Shown here: in pieces, positions 7,030 to 12,610 of the stretch
How positions within the stretch are numbered: the first letter of the stretch is position 1
Layout: each line of letters opens with the position of its first letter
Assembly: GCA_945859975.1 (NCBI GenBank)
Contig: CAMAPH010000062.1
Coordinates: forward strand, 1 to 12,610
Reading direction: 5' to 3'
DNA length: 12,610 nucleotides
Origin: Chthonomonas calidirosea
GTDB taxonomy: Bacteria; Armatimonadota; Fimbriimonadia; Fimbriimonadales; Fimbriimonadaceae
Notes under the pieces: model-generated
What the model saw: the letters and a program-made list of their open reading frames with translations, nothing else
What the model was told of the DNA's origin: nothing
The model's database searches: none
Program-made: the position numbers and the translations under genes

Positions 7030-8024
7030 TAGTCGAGCCGGAGGATCGGCAGATGCCGAACTTCCGCCTCCACCCAGCCGGAGTCGGTTTGCACTCGGAC
7101 GACTTCGCGCTCGTACGCTGCCTCGTTTCGCAGCATGGCCGCACCAATGTGACCATAGTCTGGCGAGAACCCAGCGCTCGTGATGGTGCCTACATCGTCT
7201 TTACGAAGATGTCCGACGGCTTGGCCTGCCTGAATGGGGGAGCTAGCGACAAGGCCGACCCAAGTTCGGTTCGTGTGCCCGCGGCTGTGGATGCGCTGGA
7301 GCACCTCTTGCCCAACGTAACAGCCTTTGTTGAGGCTCACATGGCGGGCGGTGAAAGCGGCACCCATTTCCAGCGGCAGAGTGCGGCTGTTCATGTCCAC
7401 TCCAAATCGGGGTCTTCCGGCTTCTAGCGCGGCAAGGCGGTACGCCGCTTCACCAGCGGTGCGGAATGCGGTTCTAATGCGGCTAATCGCCTTCCGCTTG
7501 GTGGCGGGAATCCAAAGATCCCAGCCACCCATTCCGGTCCGATTTGATCGAAGAACAAAGATCTCGGCTCCATCAAGTTCGGAAACGCCGGAATCTAGGT
7601 TCGGAAAGTTGACAAACTCGGAGAGGACGGCCGTTGCCCTCGGGCCCTGAATGCTGAGAAGTTTGTACTTTTTGGTTACGACTTGGTGCTCAACGCTTTC
7701 AAGCACGACCATCTGCTCAATCCGACTCGAAACAATTTCGACGGTCGCGACTGGTGCGGTGAAAAGGATCTTCCCCTGAACCGCCCAGCCGTCGCAAACG
7801 GACATCAGATGGCCGGTCGGCTCGCAAAAACAGAATGCCGTGGAGGTGCCTTCATCGAAGGTGCGAAGGTTCTGAGTGACTTGGCCCTGGAGCCAGCCCT
7901 TGCGGTCCTCGCCGGTGAGTTCGAAGAGGCCAAAATCCGCGAGCTCGATAAGGGCGCAATCGTCGCGGAGGCGGTCATAATCTGCCACAACCTCGGCGGT
8001 TGTGTAGTTGAGTAGGTCGGACAT
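7029..8024 (-). CDS. ygfZ: Folate-binding protein YgfZ / GcvT-family aminomethyltransferase-like
   Basis: Signature KGCYVGQE plus LTGEDRKGWLQGQVTQ, LSIQGP, LEAGRP..G.D and VGTITSA.FSP. ATG 8024 is preferred over TTG 8054. Confidence 0.9.
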   Translation of the reverse strand: MSDLLNYTTAEVVADYDRLRDDCALIELADFGLFELTGEDRKGWLQGQVTQNLRTFDEGTSTAFCFCEPTGHLMSVCDGWAVQGKILFTAPVATVEIVSSRIEQMVVLESVEHQVVTKKYKLLSIQGPRATAVLSEFVNFPNLDSGVSELDGAEIFVLRSNRTGMGGWDLWIPATKRKAISRIRTAFRTAGEAAYRLAALEAGRPRFGVDMNSRTLPLEMGAAFTARHVSLNKGCYVGQEVLQRIHSRGHTNRTWVGLVASSPIQAGQAVGHLRKDDVGTITSAGFSPDYGHIGAAMLRNEAAYEREVVRVQTDSGWVEAEVRHLPILRLD

Positions 8025-8130
8025 TGGGATACCGTTAGCAGTAATGCGTCCCAAAACCGATTCGTGTGGTTTGGTTAAGGACGCTTACGATTATGAATTA
8101 CGCTCACCGGCAAGCGCACGGTATCACAGC

Positions 8131-8934
8131 ATGAGCCCAATTTTTGTTTGGCTTTTCGGTGGTCTGATCGCATCGGCCGGATTGGTGCGAGAATTCGAAG
8201 TGTCAGCAGCCCGCGATGTGAAAGCCCAACTCCAGGGACCAGCCGTGGTAAACGTGAGCACCCGCGCTGGATTAAGCGGCCTTTGGCAAGAAATCGGCTC
8301 GGCTAAAATCCGCGCCAAGAACTTTTCGGCCGAATCACTCCCGCTCTTCACGGAACCGGAACGATCGCAGAAGGGCATCTTGCACCGGTTGGAACTGGAC
8401 CTGACCGACTTCCGGTTGAAGCAATTGCGCGTGAAGAGATTAACCGCCCAAATTCCGGACTGCCGGTTCGACTCTGCCTTGGCTTTGGCGAAGAAAAAGA
8501 TTCGGCTCAGTCGGAGTGGAATTGGTGTTGGGCGCGTCGAAGTTGATGCGGCCGCGCTTGAGCAATTTGTTTTACAGAAGTTCTCCGAGATCAAGCGGGT
8601 AGCGATTACGTTTGCTGGGGACCGGGTCAAGGTGACCGGATATGGCGAGTTCCTTGTTGTGGCGACCGAGTTTGAAGTTGACGCTCGACTCGAGATTCGC
8701 GGCGCAAATCAGCTTCATCTCGCCGATGCGGTGATTGACTTTGACGGAAAACGCGCTGATCCACTCTCTCGCGAAGCCCTCCTCAAGACTTTGAATCCGA
8801 TTCTCGATTTGGAGCGCGATCTGCAGCTTTTCGGTGCCTTGCAACTTTCGAAAGTTTCGTTTCTTGGCGCGACCATGATTGCCGAGGGACCCGCGACGAT
8901 TCCGATTCGGCCAAAGGCGGTTGGTGATGAGTGA
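8131..8934 (+). CDS. LmeA/DUF2993-like putative phospholipid-binding protein
   Basis: An N-terminal hydrophobic anchor (MSPIFVWLFGGLIASAG) followed by beta-rich amphipathic segments and LNPILDL. The ATG at 8131 avoids overlap with the divergent ygfZ. The family call is from recognition only. Confidence 0.6.
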   Translation: MSPIFVWLFGGLIASAGLVREFEVSAARDVKAQLQGPAVVNVSTRAGLSGLWQEIGSAKIRAKNFSAESLPLFTEPERSQKGILHRLELDLTDFRLKQLRVKRLTAQIPDCRFDSALALAKKKIRLSRSGIGVGRVEVDAAALEQFVLQKFSEIKRVAITFAGDRVKVTGYGEFLVVATEFEVDARLEIRGANQLHLADAVIDFDGKRADPLSREALLKTLNPILDLERDLQLFGALQLSKVSFLGATMIAEGPATIPIRPKAVGDE

Positions 8935-9634
8935 CCTGCGGCCTCAGGTGACGGTGCTGGTGCCGGCCCTGAACGAGGAGAACACGATTGCCGACGTTGT
9001 GAATCGAGTTCTAGAGATTCCACTTCGAGTTGAGCTGATCGTGATTGATGACGGGAGCACGGACGGCACAAGCGAAATTCTTCGAGGATTCGGAGACCGA
9101 TTGCAGGTGCTACGGAACGAGCGACCAGGCGGAAAGGGGAACGCGATCCGTAAGGCGCTTCCGCTTGCGACCGGCACGGCGACGATTATTCAGGATGCCG
9201 ATCTCGAGTACGTGCCCGAGCAGATTCCTGCCCTGATCCAACCGATCTTGGATGGTAAGGCGAACGTGGTTTATGGCACGCGCTTCAAAAATGGATTTCC
9301 AAAAGGGATGGCGATTCCGAACAAGATCGTCAACGTCCTTCTGGCACTTTCGGTCCGGATTTTGTATGGAGTGCCAATGACCGATGAAGCCACCTGCTAC
9401 AAGGCTTTTCGTACCGAACTGATTCAGGGGTTCGATTTGCAGTGCCAGCGGTTCGAGTTCTGCCCTGAGGTTACGGCAAAGGCCCTGCGGTCCGGCGAGA
9501 AGATCATCGAGATCCCGATTTCGTACGAGCCAAGGAATAAGGCGGCGGGGAAGAAGATTCGTTGGACGGACGCCCCCGAGGCTTTCTCAACCTTATTCCG
9601 TTACCGGTTCTGGCGCGGCAAACCGCGGGCCTGA
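8927..9634 (+). CDS. Glycosyltransferase family 2 (DPM/polyprenol-phosphate glycosyltransferase-like)
   Basis: Motifs VLVPALNEE, IVIDDGSTDGT, GKGNAIR, IQDADLEY.P, VVYGTRF, TDEATCYKAF, FEFCPEVT and EIPISY.PR...GKKI.W.D. The start overlaps the upstream stop (ATGAGTGA). Confidence 0.95.
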   Translation: MSDLRPQVTVLVPALNEENTIADVVNRVLEIPLRVELIVIDDGSTDGTSEILRGFGDRLQVLRNERPGGKGNAIRKALPLATGTATIIQDADLEYVPEQIPALIQPILDGKANVVYGTRFKNGFPKGMAIPNKIVNVLLALSVRILYGVPMTDEATCYKAFRTELIQGFDLQCQRFEFCPEVTAKALRSGEKIIEIPISYEPRNKAAGKKIRWTDAPEAFSTLFRYRFWRGKPRA

Positions 9635-9649
9635 TTCGTCAAGTTCCTC

Positions 9650-10666
9650 GTGTTGACCCACGTCCGCCAAAGCATTGAACAACGAGAAGCGCAGCATTTG
9701 AGCCCGCGGGCGGCTCTGGCAGCAAACAGCGCGGGTCGTCGTCGAACGGAAGAAGAAGACGCGGTGCGCACCTGTTTTCAGCGCGACCGAGATCGGATTC
9801 TGCATTGCAAGGCGTTCCGACGTCTCAAGCACAAGACACAGGTGTTTATTGATCCGCTGGGCGATCACTACAGGACCCGTCTCACGCACACCCTTGAAGT
9901 CGCCCAAATTGGCCGCACCGTTGGTCGCGCGCTACAGCTCAACGAGGATCTCATTGAGGCCATCGCGCTGGGGCACGACCTGGGTCACACGCCTTTTGGA
10001 CATGCGGGAGAGAATGCCTTGGACGAGGCGGTTGGCGCGTTGAACCTGGAAGATGGCCCTACCGGGTTTCGGCACTATGAGCAGTCGCTGCGGATTGTTG
10101 ATGTCCTTGAGGACCTGAACCTGAGTCACGAAACGCGTGCCGGCATCGATGGACACAGCAAGGGCCGCGCGCACCTATCGGCGGCAGATGGGGAAGTGAA
10201 GTCCACCGTGGAGGCGGCGGTGGTACGAATCTGTGACCGCATCGCCTATCTCAATCATGACCTCGATGATGCGCTCCGAAGCGGAATGATCGAGGTGATC
10301 CCTGGCGAGTTTAGGATCGGCCAGACGCACTCGGACCGCATCGGCGTGATGGTTGAAGACCTGATTTACAACAGCTTGGACAGCGATGACATTCGGCTTT
10401 CGGCGGAGATGCTGGAGATTCTGAACGCGCTCAAAGAGTGGTTGTTTATTAATGTGTACTTGGAATATCCGGTTCGGTTTCCGGAGATTGGCAAGGCGAA
10501 GCGCTTGGTGGCCGAACTTTTCCGGATGTACCTGGAGCCAGGTCGATTGCCTGAAGGTTATGAAGGAGTGCTCGGCGCGATTGACTATGTCGCGGGGATG
10601 ACAGACCGGTTCGCGGTAGAGGACTACCGAAGGTTCACGCTACCTAGCGCTTGGGACGATCGGTGA
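9650..10666 (+). CDS. dgt: Deoxyguanosinetriphosphate triphosphohydrolase (HD domain, short type)
   Basis: Motifs FQRDRDRILH, FRRLKHKTQVF, DHYRTRLTHTLEV, LGHDLGHTPFGHAGE, FRHYEQSLR, DRIAY..HD.DD and DYVAGMTD.FA. Confidence 0.95.
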   Translation: MLTHVRQSIEQREAQHLSPRAALAANSAGRRRTEEEDAVRTCFQRDRDRILHCKAFRRLKHKTQVFIDPLGDHYRTRLTHTLEVAQIGRTVGRALQLNEDLIEAIALGHDLGHTPFGHAGENALDEAVGALNLEDGPTGFRHYEQSLRIVDVLEDLNLSHETRAGIDGHSKGRAHLSAADGEVKSTVEAAVVRICDRIAYLNHDLDDALRSGMIEVIPGEFRIGQTHSDRIGVMVEDLIYNSLDSDDIRLSAEMLEILNALKEWLFINVYLEYPVRFPEIGKAKRLVAELFRMYLEPGRLPEGYEGVLGAIDYVAGMTDRFAVEDYRRFTLPSAWDDR

Positions 10667-10697
10667 AGTAATCACGCCAGAGGCGGCCTTTCATGCG

Positions 10698-11579
10698 CTA
10701 ACTAAATTGTTGTGCTTCCACATCGGGAATGAGGGTCAACGCTGCGAGCACTTCTTTTCCAATTCGCAGGCAGATTTCGTCAAGCGGACAGGAGCTAAGT
10801 CGATTTCGTTTCAAAAATGCTTGCCAACGACGCAGGGCCATCTCATCATTCCAAAACTCTTGGGTGAGACCCATCGGGAGAGCAGTAGGAATCGGTGTGC
10901 GGCGGCGCCTGAATGTACGCGCTATCGCGTTCGCAAGCATGGTTCGATCAATCTCGCCGCTGCTCAGGAGCAGATCAAGGTCTAGGTAGTCCTTCATTCG
11001 GCTATTTCCAAGGCCCAGTTTGACGATGGCTTCGAACTTCTCGGCAATGACGGTTTCGGGTGTGTAAGCTCGTAGCTCTCGTCGCACCTCGTCGTCGAGT
11101 AGCCTCGGGACTTCAACTACATCTGGCTCAGGCGTGACGTCATCGCCAAACCCAACGTCCAGCTGAACTCTGAGCTTCGCAGAACCGAGCGTTGCGTCGA
11201 AAAGGCATCGGAGTCCACCATAGACTGTTTCCGATCGAATCTTTTCGACTTTCACAGATTTAAGGTCGAACCGGACTCCATCGTCCTCCACTTCTTGAAT
11301 GCAAATTGCTTTGACGATTTCGGCCAGTTTTTCCTCGTCCGCCTCTATAAAACCTAGGAGATCGATGTCACTTGTTGGACGATGCATTGAGCCGCGCCTG
11401 ACAAGGAACATCGTGGCCCCTTTTAGCAGGAATTGAGCGGCGTGTTCGGACGCAGCCAAACGGGCGAGGAATCGTAGACCGACGTAGCGGATCAATACTT
11501 GGTTGTAATCCTCGCCCTTTGATTGAGAAAGGTTGAGGAGGCGCTGTCTGGCTGACGCCGCTTTTCCTTCGCTTGTCAT
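10698..11579 (-). CDS. abiEii: AbiEii/AbiGii-family nucleotidyltransferase toxin (type IV TA / abortive infection)
   Basis: Motifs ASARQRLLN, FLLKGA, RPT.DIDL, QLDVGFGD, AYTPETVIAEK.EA and NSRMKDY.DL. It has an ATGA overlap with the antitoxin stop. Confidence 0.93.
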   Translation of the reverse strand: MTSEGKAASARQRLLNLSQSKGEDYNQVLIRYVGLRFLARLAASEHAAQFLLKGATMFLVRRGSMHRPTSDIDLLGFIEADEEKLAEIVKAICIQEVEDDGVRFDLKSVKVEKIRSETVYGGLRCLFDATLGSAKLRVQLDVGFGDDVTPEPDVVEVPRLLDDEVRRELRAYTPETVIAEKFEAIVKLGLGNSRMKDYLDLDLLLSSGEIDRTMLANAIARTFRRRRTPIPTALPMGLTQEFWNDEMALRRWQAFLKRNRLSSCPLDEICLRIGKEVLAALTLIPDVEAQQFS

Positions 11580-12175
11580 AGTAGTGCCTCGACATACGGC
11601 TGGATCAGGCGCCTTGATCGGAGCTGATCCGCAAGGTGCATCAATTTGGACACGTTGATTTTTTGACCATTCATCGCTTCGCGTAGCGCTTCGATGGCGA
11701 CGTCATGACCGAGCAGACGTCGGAGGCGGAAACAGTCGACAATTGTCTTCTCGAGGCTAAAGACCTTTACGCTCACGCCTTCGAACGATCTTTCCTGTGC
11801 TTCGAGAGTGTAGCTTGCGTCGATCATGGTGACGACTCGAATTTGGGTCTGACGAGCTTCCGGGATTCGCCGACCGCGCGGTATGGCTACCCAAACCTCC
11901 CAAGGCATGTGGGTTCCTATTTCATGAATGCTGAGTGCGGATAGCAGACAGATCACTCCGTCGGGCACTGACTTTGCTACTTCGACGTAGCTGTGATGCT
12001 TCGTCGTTTCGAAGTCCGGATGCTGATAAAGTCCTCTTCCAATCTTGTCCAGCTTGCCCAGCTTCACGAGCTTGTTCAGATTTTCCGGTGCAAGACCAAG
12101 TGCTCGCACATCGCCGGGTGTGATGACACCTTGGCGCTGCGCTAGCTCCATTACATTCACCCAGGTGTTTCTCAC
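11576..12175 (-). CDS. abiEi: AbiEi-family antitoxin / transcriptional regulator
   Basis: N-terminal wHTH (LVKLGKLDKIGRGLY), GVICLLSALSIH, W.AIPR and FSLEKTIVDCFR.R..G..VAIEAL. GTG 12175 is preferred because longer starts fall inside the operator repeat. Confidence 0.92.
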   Translation of the reverse strand: MRNTWVNVMELAQRQGVITPGDVRALGLAPENLNKLVKLGKLDKIGRGLYQHPDFETTKHHSYVEVAKSVPDGVICLLSALSIHEIGTHMPWEVWVAIPRGRRIPEARQTQIRVVTMIDASYTLEAQERSFEGVSVKVFSLEKTIVDCFRLRRLLGHDVAIEALREAMNGQKINVSKLMHLADQLRSRRLIQPYVEALL

Positions 12176-12223
12176 GGTTAGATTATGCATACATTTGAGC
12201 TTTGTTGTATGCAAAATCTAACC
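12176..12223. promoter_or_regulatory. Inverted-repeat operator overlapping the abiE promoter
   Basis: GGTTAGATTATGCATACA (12176-12193), a 12-nt spacer and TGTATGCAAAATCTAACC (12206-12223) match at 17/18 positions. It contains the minus-strand -10 CATAAT (12187-12182). AbiEi is known to autorepress via inverted repeats. Confidence 0.85.
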
Positions 12224-12232
12224 TAGCTCTGC

Positions 12233-12275
12233 AAAAAGAAGAGAGATCACCAGACTGGTGATCTCTCTTCTTTTT
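12233..12275. terminator. Bidirectional Rho-independent terminator
   Basis: AAAAAGAAGAGAGATCACCA-GAC-TGGTGATCTCTCTTCTTTTT is a perfect 20-bp inverted repeat including A5/T5 tails. Confidence 0.85.
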
Positions 12276-12301
12276 CTAAATTTGGGTGCCCAGAGATCAC
12301 C
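12242..12301. repeat. Three copies of the 10-mer AGAGATCACC (direct 12242 and 12292; inverted 12257)
   Basis: Read directly from the sequence. Confidence 0.85.
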
Positions 12302-12610
12302 TGTTCCGAACTATCGCCCCATCGTATTGGAGGTTCAAATCCCTAGGTTCGGAGACTCGCGACGGTTGAAGGGCCATCGGAGCAACCGCATGCGACGCAG
12401 CGAATAATGCTCGCCATGATCGGGCGCGTAAAAACGGGCTTCATGGCCATTGGGAGCTGAGAATGTCCAAGAACCTTCAGCGGATGTCGGCAGTGAGGGA
12501 CGCAATAGAAAAGTGCTCGTATCTTCAAATTTAGAGAATACGGGCATCGATGCATTTTCTTTGCTCTCCCTCTCCAGCCTGTCCAAAGTCTGAACTTTCC
12601 CTCTGATTCC

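Noticed and set aside
9650..10666. Anti-phage dGTPase forming a defence system with AbiE
   Set aside because: It is a short housekeeping-type Dgt at the end of an apparently core operon and on the opposite strand from abiE. The adjacency is more simply explained by an insertion site.
1480..12123. Numerous 60-170 aa ORFs overlapping the called genes
   Set aside because: They are antisense or off-frame shadows typical of GC-rich coding DNA, with no motifs.
12176..12214. abiEi start at TTG 12214 or ATG 12190
   Set aside because: Both lie within the operator/promoter repeat. GTG 12175 fits the -10 spacing and the typical AbiEi N-terminus.
12281..12360. Complete tRNA or tmRNA gene
   Set aside because: GGTTCAAATCC (12332-12342) and the minus-strand GTTCG...CACCCA resemble T-arm or acceptor fragments, but I could not build a cloverleaf on either strand.

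Overview
Bacterial chromosomal window, most likely from Armatimonadota (Fimbriimonadaceae-like). This assignment is an inference from the [28 protein letters not shown] prepilin type. Left to right: a 5'-truncated prepilin-like gene with a terminator; a monocistronic small lipoprotein; an orphan nuoD followed by a serine hydrolase; an MFS transporter and a DUF1772-like membrane protein (-); a structured intergenic region ending in a terminator (candidate sRNA); a TMEM14-family protein; an EamA transporter and YgfZ (-); an LmeA/DUF2993-like protein, a GT2 glycosyltransferase and a dGTPase (+); and an AbiEi/AbiEii type IV toxin-antitoxin pair (-). The AbiE pair has an 18-bp inverted-repeat operator and is preceded by a perfect bidirectional terminator that interlocks with a third copy of a 10-mer (antiterminator or att-like site). 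The most notable unexplained signals are the candidate sRNA at about 5590-5746, the three-copy 10-mer switch or att site upstream of abiE, a probable ATC start codon for eamA, repeated leaderless-gene signatures, the orphan nuoD and strong CGA Arg codon use in the pilin gene. No clearly new multi-gene system can be proven from this window alone.
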